From Candidatus Omnitrophota bacterium (lineage in GTDB: Bacteria > Omnitrophota > Gorgyraeia > Pluralincolimonadales > Pluralincolimonadaceae): a DNA stretch of 64,000 nt. A program made the position numbers and the translations under genes. The notes beneath the pieces are model-generated. The model was not told the origin of the DNA, made no database searches, and saw only the letters and a program-made list of their open reading frames with translations. Of the stretch, positions 35,260 to 45,727 are shown one piece after another. Position 1 is the stretch's first letter; the number at the start of each line of letters is the position of its first letter. The stretch is taken from positions 19,545 through 83,544 of the forward strand of contig JAQUPL010000001.1 in NCBI GenBank assembly GCA_028716565.1, in the 5' to 3' direction.

Positions 35260-36524
35260 TGGATAAGATAGTAATTGAAGGCCCGACGAGATTAAGGGGG
35301 ACGGTCGAGGTAAGCGGGGCGAAGAATTCGGCGCTGCCGATAATGGCAGCCACGCTCCTTACCGATGAGAAGTGCGTATTAAAACGTGTCCCTCCCTTGC
35401 GCGACGTAAACACCATGATAAAGATCCTGCGCAACCTGGGCGTGAAAGTGCAGGTGGAGCCCGGGCGGTTGGTGATAGAACCCAGGGGATATAAAAATTA
35501 TATAGCGCCGTATAAATACGTCAAGGAGATGCGCGCCTCATTCTGCGTCCTCGGGCCGATCCTCGCGAAGCACAGGAAGGCCCAGGTATCGTATCCGGGA
35601 GGCTGCGCCATCGGGAACCGTCCGGTGGACCTCCACCTTAAAGGCATAAGGGCGCTCGGCGCGGACCTGAAGATAGAGCATGGTTACGTCGTGGGCGAGA
35701 CGAAGCAGCTTAAAGGGGCGCATGTATATTTAGGCGGGGCGTTCGGCTCGTCGGTCCTGGCGACCGATAACGTCATGATGGCCGCGACTCTGGCTAAGGG
35801 CAGGACCGTTATAGAGAACGCGGCCTGCGAGCCGGAAGTCGTAGACCTCGCGGATTTCCTGAATAAGATGGGCGCGAAGATAAGAGGGGCCGGGACGCAT
35901 TTTATCGAGATAGAGGGTGTAAAGAGGTTGGGCGGGGCCGAGGCCGAGGTGATACCCGACAGGATAGAGGCCGGCACTTTCATGGTCGCGGCCGCGATCA
36001 CCGGGGGCGATATCACCGTAAAAGGGGCGAGGTTCGACCATCTCGGCGCGCTGGTGGATAAATTACAGGATTCAGGCGTCACGATAACGCGCCACGGAAA
36101 AGATATACGCGTCCGGGTCCAGAGGCAGTTGAGGCCGGTCGATATAACGACCCTGGCTTATCCCGGGTTCCCGACCGACCTGCAGGCGCAGATGATGGCA
36201 CTAATGACTACAATAAACGGGATAAGCGTCATAACAGAGAAGATATATCCCGACAGGTATATGCATGTGAGCGAGCTGGCAAGGATGGGAGCGCAGATAA
36301 AACTCGAGGGCGACTCGGCTATCGTAAAGGGAATAAAACAGCTGAGCGGCGCCCCGGTGATGGCGTCGGATCTGCGCGCCTCGGCCGCGCTTGTATTGGC
36401 CGGCATGGCCGCGAGAGGCAGGACCGACGTCTCAAGGGTCTACCATTTGGATAGGGGTTATGATAGGATAGAGAATAAACTGTCGCAATTGGGAGCGAAT
36501 ATACACAGAGAAAGGGAGGAGTAA
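35256..36524 (+). CDS. murA: UDP-N-acetylglucosamine 1-carboxyvinyltransferase
   Basis: KIVIEGPTRLRGTVEVSGAKNSALPIMAA and the catalytic-loop region ...GGCAIGNRPVDLH. Length is 422 aa. Confidence 0.93.
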   Translation: MMDKIVIEGPTRLRGTVEVSGAKNSALPIMAATLLTDEKCVLKRVPPLRDVNTMIKILRNLGVKVQVEPGRLVIEPRGYKNYIAPYKYVKEMRASFCVLGPILAKHRKAQVSYPGGCAIGNRPVDLHLKGIRALGADLKIEHGYVVGETKQLKGAHVYLGGAFGSSVLATDNVMMAATLAKGRTVIENAACEPEVVDLADFLNKMGAKIRGAGTHFIEIEGVKRLGGAEAEVIPDRIEAGTFMVAAAITGGDITVKGARFDHLGALVDKLQDSGVTITRHGKDIRVRVQRQLRPVDITTLAYPGFPTDLQAQMMALMTTINGISVITEKIYPDRYMHVSELARMGAQIKLEGDSAIVKGIKQLSGAPVMASDLRASAALVLAGMAARGRTDVSRVYHLDRGYDRIENKLSQLGANIHREREE

Positions 36525-36527
36525 TCA

Positions 36528-36770
36528 ATGGCAGCAGTGATCAGGTTGAAGAGGCTGGGGACAAAGAAGATGCCGCATCAGAGGATAATCGTCATAGATG
36601 GCCACAAGGGCCGCGATATGAAGGCGATCGAAGAGCTCGGCTATTATGATCCAACGAAGAAGCCGGCATTCGGCAACCTCAAGAAGGAGAGAATACTGCA
36701 CTGGATAAAGCTCGGCGCGAAGCCTTCTCCGGCCGTATCGAACATATTCAGGAAATCCGGCATAATCTAA
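36528..36770 (+). CDS. rpsP: 30S ribosomal protein S16
   Basis: MAAVIRLKRLGTKKMPHQRIIV...LGYYDP. Confidence 0.9.
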   Translation: MAAVIRLKRLGTKKMPHQRIIVIDGHKGRDMKAIEELGYYDPTKKPAFGNLKKERILHWIKLGAKPSPAVSNIFRKSGII

Positions 36771-36774
36771 TTTG

Positions 36775-37506
36775 ATGCGGATAGATATTCTTACGCTCTT
36801 CCCGAAGATGTTCGAGGGCGTGCTCGAGGAATCGATAATAAAGCGCGCGCGGAAAAGCGGGAAAGCGGATATACGGGTGCATAACCTGCGCGACTGGACC
36901 GACGACAAGCATAAGAAAGTCGACGACAAGCCGTTCGGCGGCGGGCCGGGAATGGTCATAAAACCGCAACCGCTCTTTGACTCGGTTAGGGATTTAAAGA
37001 CGAGATCAGCAAGGGTCGTTTTAATGACGCCCCAGGGAAAGAGGCTGGACCAGCAGGTTGCCGGTAAAATGTCCGGGTATAAGCATATCATAATAGTCTG
37101 CGGACATTATGAGGGCATCGACGAGCGCTTCCGGAAGAAGCTCGTTACCGATGAGATATCGCTCGGGGATTTCGTCCTGACCGGCGGGGAGATACCCGCT
37201 ATGGCGCTGGTCGACAGCCTGGTAAGGCTCGTGCCCGGCGTAGTCGGGGATAAGGATTCGCTAGAATTTGAGTCGTTCGCGTCCGGCCTCCTGGAATACC
37301 CGCAGTACACAAGACCGGCAGAGTTCAGGGGCCTTAAGGTGCCGGAAGTGCTTTTGTCCGGCGACCATAATAAGATAGATGAATGGAGAAGAGAGATGGC
37401 AATGAAGAGGACGAGATCGCGGCGTCCTGATATGTATAAAAAATTGAGCCTCCGCATCGGCGGGGCGAAATCCCGCCTCAGCGGGATAACTAAGGAGAAG
37501 AAGTGA
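36775..37506 (+). CDS. trmD: tRNA (guanine37-N1)-methyltransferase
   Basis: [17 protein letters not shown]... and YEGIDERF...[20 protein letters not shown]. The ATG at 36775 is preferred; the ORF is open from a TTG at 36772. Confidence 0.9.
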   Translation: MRIDILTLFPKMFEGVLEESIIKRARKSGKADIRVHNLRDWTDDKHKKVDDKPFGGGPGMVIKPQPLFDSVRDLKTRSARVVLMTPQGKRLDQQVAGKMSGYKHIIIVCGHYEGIDERFRKKLVTDEISLGDFVLTGGEIPAMALVDSLVRLVPGVVGDKDSLEFESFASGLLEYPQYTRPAEFRGLKVPEVLLSGDHNKIDEWRREMAMKRTRSRRPDMYKKLSLRIGGAKSRLSGITKEKK

Positions 37507-37841
37507 TGAATAAATGCGCTGCAGCGGAAAAGGATTACCTTAAGAAAGAGATACCGGCGTTCAAGGTCGGGGATACGGTAAAGGTCATGGTAAAGATCAG
37601 GGAGGAGGATAAGTTCCGCCTCCAGGCCTTTGAGGGTGTCGTTATAAAAAAGAGAGGAAGCGGCATCTCGTCGAGTTTCACGGTCCGCCGCGTCTCTTAC
37701 GGCGAGGGCGTGGAGAGGACTTTCCCGCTCCATTCGCCTTCGGTCGATAAGGTCGAGGTGGTAAAATCCTCGAAGCCGAAAAGGGCAAAGCTCTATTACA
37801 TGCGTAAAAATGTCGGCAAAAAGGCTGATGTTGTATCATGA
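37503..37841 (+). CDS. rplS: 50S ribosomal protein L19
   Basis: [35 protein letters not shown]...[15 protein letters not shown]. Confidence 0.9.
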   Translation: MMNKCAAAEKDYLKKEIPAFKVGDTVKVMVKIREEDKFRLQAFEGVVIKKRGSGISSSFTVRRVSYGEGVERTFPLHSPSVDKVEVVKSSKPKRAKLYYMRKNVGKKADVVS

Positions 37842-38412
37842 GCGTAAATTAAGCAGGCAAGGCAAAAAACAGGTCGCGGGGATAGATGAGGCAGGGCGAG
37901 GTCCGCTGGCCGGCCCGGTCGTCGCCGCCGCGGTAATATTAAGGGATCTCAGGTTCAAGAACAGGATAGCCGATTCCAAGGTCCTCTCAAGGTTTGCGCG
38001 CGAGAGGGCCTACGAGGAGATACTCAGGAAAGCGGATATCGGGATCGGCATCGTAGGCGAAAAAGATATAGACAGGATAAATATCCTGCGGGCGAGCCTC
38101 CACGCCATGGAGTTGGCGGTCTACGACCTCGGCATAAGGCCTGACCACCTCCTTATAGACGGCAACATCCAACCGGAATTACCCCACCCAAAGACGACAT
38201 TAATAGGCGGAGAATCGCGTTCCATCTCTATTGCCTGCGCTTCTATCGTCGCTAAGGTCACGAGGGATTTTATAATGACTTATTACGATGCCTTATACCC
38301 CGAATACGGGTTCGCCAGGCACAAGGGCTACGGGACGCGTTTGCATTTCATCGCGATAAGGAGGTTCGGCCCGTCGCCGATCCACAGGCGGAGTTTTACC
38401 CTTATAAAATGA
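37810..38412 (+). CDS. rnhB: ribonuclease HII
   Basis: [23 protein letters not shown] and ...DSK...HKGYG motifs. Confidence 0.88.
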   Translation: MSAKRLMLYHERKLSRQGKKQVAGIDEAGRGPLAGPVVAAAVILRDLRFKNRIADSKVLSRFARERAYEEILRKADIGIGIVGEKDIDRINILRASLHAMELAVYDLGIRPDHLLIDGNIQPELPHPKTTLIGGESRSISIACASIVAKVTRDFIMTYYDALYPEYGFARHKGYGTRLHFIAIRRFGPSPIHRRSFTLIK

Positions 38413-39014
38413 ACTTATTCATATTGAGGCACGGCGAATCGGTCTGGAATAAAGAGGACAGGGTCCAGGGAAGGAAGGACCCGGGGCTTAGCGGCGCAGG
38501 AAAACGCCAGGCCGAGGCCGCCGGTAAACGGCTCAAGAAAGAAAAGATCGGGATCATCTATTCCAGCACCCTTAAGCGTTGCGTCCAGACCGCGCGGATA
38601 ATCGCGCGCCGGACAGGGGCCAAGATAAAATTCGAACCCGATATGCAGGAGATAATCCTTGGCGTCTGGCAGGGTAAGACGATAGACGAGGTAAAAAAAC
38701 TTTATCCCAGGTCATACGCGGTCTGGCTTAAGGACCCTTCGAAGGCGGGTATCCCGGGCTGGGAGGGTGTGCCGAAGTTCAGGAAGAGGGTAGACCGCGC
38801 CTTCGGTTCGATATTGGGAAAAGACGCCGCGGCGAATGTCTGCGTCGTGACGCACTGGGGCGTGATAGCCGCCCATCTGGCGAAGACGTTCGACGCTGAT
38901 TTCGACCGTATCTTCCAGAGGATAAGGGTGGATAATTGCGGCATCAGCAAAATTTCATATTTTAACGGAAAGGGGATAATACAATGCGTAAACGATACGC
39001 GGCATCTGAGTTAG
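38409..39014 (+). CDS. histidine phosphatase family protein (phosphoglycerate mutase-like)
   Basis: LFILRHGESVWN catalytic RHG motif and ...VVTHWGVI. Confidence 0.7.
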   Translation: MNLFILRHGESVWNKEDRVQGRKDPGLSGAGKRQAEAAGKRLKKEKIGIIYSSTLKRCVQTARIIARRTGAKIKFEPDMQEIILGVWQGKTIDEVKKLYPRSYAVWLKDPSKAGIPGWEGVPKFRKRVDRAFGSILGKDAAANVCVVTHWGVIAAHLAKTFDADFDRIFQRIRVDNCGISKISYFNGKGIIQCVNDTRHLS

Positions 39015-39058
39015 GCAATCGGTTCGCTCGGCCTTACTTTATTACTCGAAACAAATCT

Positions 39059-40384
39059 ATGGCGGGCTGCGTCATAAACCGGCTCTTCGCTCACCCGATT
39101 GCCTTAACTCTGATTTCGTGTTTTTTTATTACGCTCGTTTTTCCCCCCGTTTTTTCGCAAGAAATACAACAAGGAAGCATTGTCAAAATCACAGGTCAAA
39201 AAGGAAGCTGGGTGCTCGAGGTCAACGGCAAGCCGTTCTATATCAAAGGCGCCGGGGTCGGAAGGATGACCGGCGCGGGCGGCGCCGATTACCTTAAAAT
39301 GGCGCAGGAACTGGGCGCCAATGCCGTACGCACCTGGGGCACCGACCAGGGCACGCAGGAATATTTCGATACCGCGCTTAAGTACGGCCTTATGGTCGAC
39401 GCCGGGATATGGCTTAATTACGCCAAGAAAGGCACGGAATATACTTATATCGGCGATAACGTGTATAAACAGAATAAGACGCAGGAGATAACAGGTTACG
39501 TAAATAAATTCAAGGGCCATCCGGCGCTGTTGATGTGGAACATAGGCAACGAGGCGATCTTTTTCACTAAGGACGAGGAAGAACGCGTAGCATTGGCGAA
39601 ATTCCTCGAGGAAACGGTGCAGATGGTCCATAAGCTCGACCCCAACCATCCGGTCATCTATACCTCGGCCGATACGACCGCGTTACCGTATATACAGCAA
39701 TACGCCCCAAGCCTCGATATATTCGGCATGAATATATACGGCAGCGTAAGGATGTCGCACGCCAAATGGGACAAATCCGGGTTGGAAATGCCGTATTGCG
39801 TTACCGAATACGGGCCGCACGGGCCGTGGGACGTCAAGAAGGACCAGAACGGCGCCTCGCTGGAGGAACCCGACCAGGCGAAAGCGGCCATATACAGGAA
39901 TATGACGCGCGAGATAATGAACTTCAAGGGATATGATATCGGAGGCTTCGCGTTCCACCTCGGGGAGACTTCGCAGGAGTCGCTTACGTGGTGGAATATA
40001 AACCAAAAGTTGCTGAAGAAGGCCTCCTTCTGGGAATTATACAAAATATATACCGGAGGCAGGCCGCTAAATCTCCCTCCGCGGATAACAACGTTGAAAT
40101 TGGGCAAGACAAAAAATATCGCTCCCGGGGAGACTATAGGTATCACGGCCGAGGCAGCCGACTCCGACAGCAATCCACTCGATTACTCCTTCGTCGTATC
40201 GACGGCGCAAGAAGGGATACTGCAGTATTATGTCAACAAGGAGGTGCCGGTGAAGTTCGAGAACGTCGGCGCAAGATTCAGGATGACCGCTCCCGCCGCC
40301 AAAGGGCTCTACAGGCTTTATCTCATCGTAAACGACGGGAACGGGAACGCAGCCGCCGCTAACAGGTCGTTCAAGGTCGAATAA
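39059..40384 (+). CDS. secreted clan GH-A-type glycoside hydrolase-like TIM-barrel protein with C-terminal Ig-like domain
   Basis: Signal peptide (MAGCVINRLFAHPIALTLISCFFITLVFPPVFSQ), a TIM-barrel region with a WNIGNEA (NE acid/base-like) motif, and a beta-rich C-terminal domain. The ORF is open from 38984, but that start overlaps the previous gene by 31 nt. Confidence 0.55.
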   Translation: MAGCVINRLFAHPIALTLISCFFITLVFPPVFSQEIQQGSIVKITGQKGSWVLEVNGKPFYIKGAGVGRMTGAGGADYLKMAQELGANAVRTWGTDQGTQEYFDTALKYGLMVDAGIWLNYAKKGTEYTYIGDNVYKQNKTQEITGYVNKFKGHPALLMWNIGNEAIFFTKDEEERVALAKFLEETVQMVHKLDPNHPVIYTSADTTALPYIQQYAPSLDIFGMNIYGSVRMSHAKWDKSGLEMPYCVTEYGPHGPWDVKKDQNGASLEEPDQAKAAIYRNMTREIMNFKGYDIGGFAFHLGETSQESLTWWNINQKLLKKASFWELYKIYTGGRPLNLPPRITTLKLGKTKNIAPGETIGITAEAADSDSNPLDYSFVVSTAQEGILQYYVNKEVPVKFENVGARFRMTAPAAKGLYRLYLIVNDGNGNAAAANRSFKVE

Positions 40385-40391
40385 AAGACAT

Positions 40392-41492
40392 ATGCCCGAA
40401 AAAAAAGAGGACATAAAAGACCTCTCCCTCGATGAACTCAAGGCGCGTATCCGCAGCCTCAATGAGCCTCCGTATAGGGCGGAGCAGATCTTCGAATGGA
40501 TATACAAAAAAGGGGCCAGGTCATTCGGCGTCATGACTGACCTTCCCGCCAAACTCCGCGATTATCTCACCAATAAATTCTTCATTACCGGCTCGGAGAC
40601 AATAAAAAAACAGGTCTCAAAATCCGATGGCACCCGGAAATACCTCTTCAAATTAAATGACGGCGAGGAGATTGAGAGCGTTTATATCCCGGCCAAAGAT
40701 CGAACAGGCAGGCACACGGTATGCCTCTCATCGCAGGCGGGGTGCGCCTTCGGCTGTTATTTCTGCGCTAGCGGGTTGCTCGGGTTCAAGAGGGACCTGC
40801 GCTGCGGGGAGATACTCGACCAGGCGCTAGCCATACAGGATGATATCGGAGCGGCTAAGGTCCCTGTGGGGTCCAAGGGCACTGCGGGGGCCAGGCGCAT
40901 AACCAATGTGGTAATGATGGGCACCGGCGAGCCGCTCGTTAATTACGATAACGTTATCAAGGCCGTCGGGATAATGAATTCCCCCCTGGGGCTTGGCATC
41001 GGCGCGAGGAAGATAACCGTCTCGACTGCCGGATACATCCCCGGGATGAAACGGTATATGCAGGAGAAAGAACAGTTCGAGCTTTCAGTCTCGCTGCACG
41101 CCGCCGATGACATAAAACGGTCAAGGCTCATGCCAATAAACAAAAAGTATCCCCTCTCCGAACTGATGGAAGTTTGCCGCGAATACACAAAAGGTAAGGG
41201 GAGGATAATCACTTTCGAATATATCCTTATCAAGGATGTCAACTCTTCGCCTACCGACGCGCAAAATCTTGTCAGGCTGCTAAAGGCGCTTAACTGCAAA
41301 GTGAACCTTATCCCGTTCAATGCGGTCCCTGATTTTAAATTTGCCACGCCATCTAATAAGGATGTCGGAAATTTCCAGGAGATATTGGAGAAAGGCGGGA
41401 TAAACTCGACCATAAGGGCGCAGAGGGGCGCCGACATCGACGCCGCCTGCGGGCAATTACGCCTGCGCGAGGCGGGAGGGGAGAAATGCTGA
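40392..41492 (+). CDS. rlmN: 23S rRNA/tRNA adenine-C2 methyltransferase RlmN (radical SAM)
   Basis: CLSSQAGCAFGCYFCASG radical-SAM cysteine motif and the NLIPFN C-terminal motif. Confidence 0.9.
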   Translation: MPEKKEDIKDLSLDELKARIRSLNEPPYRAEQIFEWIYKKGARSFGVMTDLPAKLRDYLTNKFFITGSETIKKQVSKSDGTRKYLFKLNDGEEIESVYIPAKDRTGRHTVCLSSQAGCAFGCYFCASGLLGFKRDLRCGEILDQALAIQDDIGAAKVPVGSKGTAGARRITNVVMMGTGEPLVNYDNVIKAVGIMNSPLGLGIGARKITVSTAGYIPGMKRYMQEKEQFELSVSLHAADDIKRSRLMPINKKYPLSELMEVCREYTKGKGRIITFEYILIKDVNSSPTDAQNLVRLLKALNCKVNLIPFNAVPDFKFATPSNKDVGNFQEILEKGGINSTIRAQRGADIDAACGQLRLREAGGEKC

Positions 41493-43513
41493 ACAGGAAT
41501 AAGACCATAACCTTCCTCGCCTTAATCCTGCTTGTTACGCAAGGCCTTTGCTTATCCGAAGAAGAGAAGGGCTGGGTGCCGTATTATTTCGGACCGGCTA
41601 CGTCCGGCGGGCTCGTCTCGGAAAACGACGAGGGGATCATCCTATCCCTCGATAAGGCAGGCGCGTTCGGCGCCTATAATCCCAGCAAGTTCGGCGGCAA
41701 TTTTGACGCGCAGACCGAGATAAAGACCGGGAAGGGCATCTGCGGGATGATGTTGTTCAAGGACAACGGCGGCAGACCCGACCCGTCAAATTTCGTCGGC
41801 ATAGAGAGGCGGGAAGACGAGGACGGCAACAAGACGGTGAGGGTCTTCGCGATAAAAGACGGGCAGGATTTCACGCAGCAGGGCGCCCAGTGGAACCCGC
41901 GTTTCGAAGCGGTCCTGAATAACGAGTCGTTCGGCTTCGAGGCGAAGGCCTTCCGGATACTCGAGGACGAGAAGGCGAAATGCCTTCATTTTTATTACAA
42001 ATACGAGAGGAAGATCGACGGGGAGAAGAGGGAGGGGTGGCTGGAGTTCTCGACGCTTCCCGATTGGGACGGGAAACCGTTCTATTTCTATCCGTATGTG
42101 AAAAGCAACGGCGATTTTACCTCGAAAGCGGTCTTTATGAAACCTATGGTAATGCTTACGCCGTCCGATGACAGGTCCGACAAGGATACTGGGTTTAAGG
42201 CTACGAGGCGCGATTACACTTTTTCGGGATTCTCCGGGGACGCGGTCGTCGTCACCTTCGACAGGGAATTTCCGTTTTACGATAAGGCCAAATTCGTCTT
42301 CTGGAGCGAGGCGGAATATATACCCTGGTGGCATATCGACGACAAATGCGCGGCATATTATGAATTCTGCGAGATATGGGGCGGCGCGACCGAGGGCTGC
42401 GATGAGCCTATGGGCGACCGGCTGCTGCGTTGGACCAAGGCGGATATCGTAGAGTCGAACAAGGCGCGCGTCATAGTCCATTGGCGTTATGTGTTGGCGG
42501 ACCCCGAATACAAGTGGTGGAGCATGGACCCGGTCGAAAAGCCTTATGCGGACGAGTGGTACTGTTTTTACCCGGACGGGACCGGGGTGAGGAAAGTCAC
42601 ATATACGCCGGTCACCACTTCGAAATACGAGACCGATTGGAACGAAATATCGGAGTTGACCGTCATAAAGCGCGGCGGCGTAAAGCCGTCCGAGATCATA
42701 GACAAAAAAGCCGTCTCGATATTCAATCTTGACGGGAAGAAGGTCGATTACCTGTGGGACCTCTCCAAGAAAAGGACGCCGGCGAAGAGGGACGATGAGA
42801 CCAGGAACTGGCCCGAAGCGATATGCCGCGTGAACCTCAAGGACAGGCCTGCCGTATTCGAGGTATTCGCGCAGGGCGAGGAGGCGTATAAAAAGACTTT
42901 CCCCGAGCCGTTCAAGAACTGGTGGGGGCATTACGGCGAGGATTGGGCGTTTGAGATGCGGGGCCAGAAGGAATACGAAGGTGATTTCGGTGTATTCTCG
43001 CACTGGCCGATAAGCAAAATGCCTTATGAAGAACCAGACAAGACGTTCGGCAGGTACCTGCGCGAGCCGGGCCATATATCGCTATTGCCGATCGCCGGCC
43101 ATCCCAAAGTCAAGGGCCCGACGACGTGGGCGATGCTTGTGGGTATGAGCAAGCCTTGGGACGACCAGGATGCCCGCGACAGGACTTCGTCCTGGCTTTA
43201 TCCCGGCGACATCAGCATGATAGACGAGAACGCGAAATTCATCGGGAACGACTATTACCAGCGCGCGCTCGTATTTGAGACGGACAAGCTTAACCGCGCC
43301 TGCCAGTTCACTATGTATCCTAAGATCATCTCTTCCGTCGTCGTAAATCCCGTATTCATCATAAAGAACTGGGGCAATAACCCGGTCTCGGTCACGATGA
43401 ACGGCAAACCGCTCAAAGAAGGCCTCGACTACCGCTGCGCCATTGAAGGCGACTCCGCCGTCATCTGGGTCAAGGCCAAATTCTCCGGCCAAACCGCGTT
43501 CTTGATAAAGTAA
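41486..43513 (+). CDS. large secreted W/Y-rich protein of unknown function (675 aa)
   Basis: Signal peptide (MLNRNKTITFLALILLVTQGLCLS). Composition and codon usage are consistent with the + strand genes, whereas the long antisense ORF (41786-43075) is Arg/Leu-rich, typical of an artefact. No recognised catalytic motif. Confidence 0.5.
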   Translation: MLNRNKTITFLALILLVTQGLCLSEEEKGWVPYYFGPATSGGLVSENDEGIILSLDKAGAFGAYNPSKFGGNFDAQTEIKTGKGICGMMLFKDNGGRPDPSNFVGIERREDEDGNKTVRVFAIKDGQDFTQQGAQWNPRFEAVLNNESFGFEAKAFRILEDEKAKCLHFYYKYERKIDGEKREGWLEFSTLPDWDGKPFYFYPYVKSNGDFTSKAVFMKPMVMLTPSDDRSDKDTGFKATRRDYTFSGFSGDAVVVTFDREFPFYDKAKFVFWSEAEYIPWWHIDDKCAAYYEFCEIWGGATEGCDEPMGDRLLRWTKADIVESNKARVIVHWRYVLADPEYKWWSMDPVEKPYADEWYCFYPDGTGVRKVTYTPVTTSKYETDWNEISELTVIKRGGVKPSEIIDKKAVSIFNLDGKKVDYLWDLSKKRTPAKRDDETRNWPEAICRVNLKDRPAVFEVFAQGEEAYKKTFPEPFKNWWGHYGEDWAFEMRGQKEYEGDFGVFSHWPISKMPYEEPDKTFGRYLREPGHISLLPIAGHPKVKGPTTWAMLVGMSKPWDDQDARDRTSSWLYPGDISMIDENAKFIGNDYYQRALVFETDKLNRACQFTMYPKIISSVVVNPVFIIKNWGNNPVSVTMNGKPLKEGLDYRCAIEGDSAVIWVKAKFSGQTAFLIK

Positions 43514-43519
43514 TATGCC

Positions 43520-43549
43520 TTGACGCAAATCGTTTGTTTGCCTATAATA
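43520..43549 (+). promoter_or_regulatory. putative sigma70-type promoter upstream of fhs
   Basis: TTGACG (43520-43525), an 18-nt spacer and TATAAT (43544-43549), just before the fhs start. Confidence 0.45.
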
Positions 43550-43559
43550 AAGATTCACC

Positions 43560-45239
43560 ATGTTCGCTAAAAAACCGCATTCCACATCAGAGATCGCGAG
43601 GCTCACGCATCCCAAGCAGATCGTTGGGGTTGCGACAAAAGCCGGCTTAAACGCCGACGAGCTCGAGCTTTACGGCAATTTCAAGGCCAAGATCACGCTC
43701 GCCGTACTGCAGAGGCTGAAGCAACGCCCTGACGGGAAACTTATCCTGGTCACGGCAATGACCCCGACTAAGTACGGCGAAGGCAAGACATGCATTTCGA
43801 TAGGCCTTACCCAGGCGCTGGGACGCCTGAAGAAACGCGTCATTCTATGCCTTCGCGAACCGTCGCTGGGACCGGCATTAGGGCTTAAGGGCGGCGGCTG
43901 CGGCGGAGGATACGCGCAGGTCCTGCCGATGGAGGATATAAATCTCCATTTCACGGGCGATATACACGCGGTAACCGCGGCGCACAATCTTTTGAGCGCC
44001 ATCATAGATAACCACTTGGCGAAGGGGAATGAATTAAAGCTTGACCCGAAAAGGATAATCTGGCGCAGGACGATAGACCTTTGCGACAGGAGTTTGCGCG
44101 AGGTACAGGTCGGCATTGCCGAAGGCGCGGTAAAGAGGCGCGAGGGCTTTGATATCACGGCCGCCTCGGAGATAATGGCGTGCCTGGCGCTCACTACGGG
44201 CTACAAAGACCTAAAAGAGAGGCTCGGGAAGATAATAATCGGTTTTACGAATAAGGGCAGGCCTGTCACCGCGTCCGAGATGAAGGTCGTCGGCGCGATG
44301 GCCGCCATATTAAAGGACGCGATAAAGCCCAATATGGCGCAGACGCTCGAGGGCCAGCCGGCATTCGTGCACATGGGGCCGTTCGGTAACATCGCCCACG
44401 GAACGAACAGTATCTTAGCTACGCAGATGGCTCTCAAACTCGCCGATTACGCGATAGTCGAGACCGGCTTCGGCACCGACCTGGGATTCGAGAAATTTTG
44501 CGATGTGGTTACGAGGCAGGGAAAATTCAAGCCCGACTGCGCGGTAGTGGTCGCGAGCGCGAGGGCGTTGAAGTCCCACGGCGGCGCGGCTGATACTGAC
44601 CTCGAGAAGGAAGACCAGGAAGCGCTTAATAAAGGCCTGCCGAACCTCGAACGGCACATCGAGAACGTAAAGAAATTCGGGATCTGGCCGGTCGTGGCGA
44701 TAAACAGGTTCCCGGGGGATCCGGAGAACGAATTGAACAGGGTAAAGGAATTTTGCAGGAGCAAGGGGGTCCTCGCCGAGATAGCGGAGGTGGTCGCCAA
44801 GGGCGGGGAGGGCGGCGAGAAACTCGCGCAGGCAGTCATCGCGACCATGCAGGAGCATCCCTCGAAATTCAAGCCGCTTTACGACCCGGAGCTTTCGATA
44901 AAAGAGAAGATAGAGAAGATCGCCACCGAGGTATACGGCGCCGAGGGCGTGGTATACGTCGGGACATCAGAAGATGATATAAATTTCCTCACCGAAAATA
45001 ACTACGATGAGCTTCCGGTGAATATGGCCAGGACGCACCTGTCGTTTACCGACGACCCGAAGGTGAAGGGCGCCCCGGCGGGATGGCGGCTCAAGGTCAA
45101 AGAGGTGAAGGTCTCGGCAGGCGCGGGTTTCCTGGTCGCGTTGACCGGCGAGATGAACCTGATGCCCGGGATGCCGAAGGTCCCGCTTGCCGAGCGGGTC
45201 GACGTGGATAACGACGGCAATATAACGGGGTTATTCTAA
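43560..45239 (+). CDS. fhs: formate--tetrahydrofolate ligase
   Basis: PTKYGEGKTCISIGLTQAL, GGGYAQVLPMEDINLHFTGDIHA and other Fhs signatures. Length is 559 aa. Confidence 0.93.
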   Translation: MFAKKPHSTSEIARLTHPKQIVGVATKAGLNADELELYGNFKAKITLAVLQRLKQRPDGKLILVTAMTPTKYGEGKTCISIGLTQALGRLKKRVILCLREPSLGPALGLKGGGCGGGYAQVLPMEDINLHFTGDIHAVTAAHNLLSAIIDNHLAKGNELKLDPKRIIWRRTIDLCDRSLREVQVGIAEGAVKRREGFDITAASEIMACLALTTGYKDLKERLGKIIIGFTNKGRPVTASEMKVVGAMAAILKDAIKPNMAQTLEGQPAFVHMGPFGNIAHGTNSILATQMALKLADYAIVETGFGTDLGFEKFCDVVTRQGKFKPDCAVVVASARALKSHGGAADTDLEKEDQEALNKGLPNLERHIENVKKFGIWPVVAINRFPGDPENELNRVKEFCRSKGVLAEIAEVVAKGGEGGEKLAQAVIATMQEHPSKFKPLYDPELSIKEKIEKIATEVYGAEGVVYVGTSEDDINFLTENNYDELPVNMARTHLSFTDDPKVKGAPAGWRLKVKEVKVSAGAGFLVALTGEMNLMPGMPKVPLAERVDVDNDGNITGLF

Positions 45240-45241
45240 AG

Positions 45242-45727
45242 ATGAAGATAAGCGCGAAGAACAGGATCGATCTTTTTGTAAAAGAACTGGGAGAGAGGAA
45301 GCCCTCACCCGGCGGCGGCGCGGGAGCGGCTTTAACCGGCGCCCTCGGGGCCGCGCTCATAATAAAAGTCGCGAATTTTACGATCGGAAAAAAGAAATAT
45401 AAAAGATACGATAATGAAGCCAGGTCTATGGCAAAAAAGGCCGAGGCGTTAAGGAATAAATTGGGCGCCTGTATAGAAAGGGACGCCAGGAGATATAACG
45501 AATACGCGAGGACCAGGAGCAAGGCCTCGATGCAAAAGGCCTCGGATTGCGCGGCAGAGATATCGAAACTTTCCGGGCAAGGCGTGAAGATATGCATGAG
45601 GCTAAAGAAGATAGGGAATAAGAACCTGAAGGGGGATATAACCGCCGCGGAATTATTTTTGCGGGCGGCGGCCAAGGCGTCGGGGAACCTGATAAAGCAG
45701 AAAAAGAAGAGGTGGATCGTCAGATGA
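45242..45727 (+). CDS. fchA: cyclodeaminase-domain protein (FTCD_C family), probable methenyl-THF cyclohydrolase FchA-like
   Basis: PSPGGGAGAALTGALGAALIIKVANFTIGKKKY matches the formiminotransferase-cyclodeaminase C-domain. It lies between fhs and folD, as fchA does in acetogen methyl-branch operons. Confidence 0.7.
   Translation: MKISAKNRIDLFVKELGERKPSPGGGAGAALTGALGAALIIKVANFTIGKKKYKRYDNEARSMAKKAEALRNKLGACIERDARRYNEYARTRSKASMQKASDCAAEISKLSGQGVKICMRLKKIGNKNLKGDITAAELFLRAAAKASGNLIKQKKKRWIVR

Noticed and set aside
41786-43075. 429-aa minus-strand ORF inside the 675-aa secreted-protein gene
   Set aside because: Arg/Leu/Pro-rich antisense-type composition and no motifs. The + strand ORF has a signal peptide and a composition consistent with the neighbouring genes.
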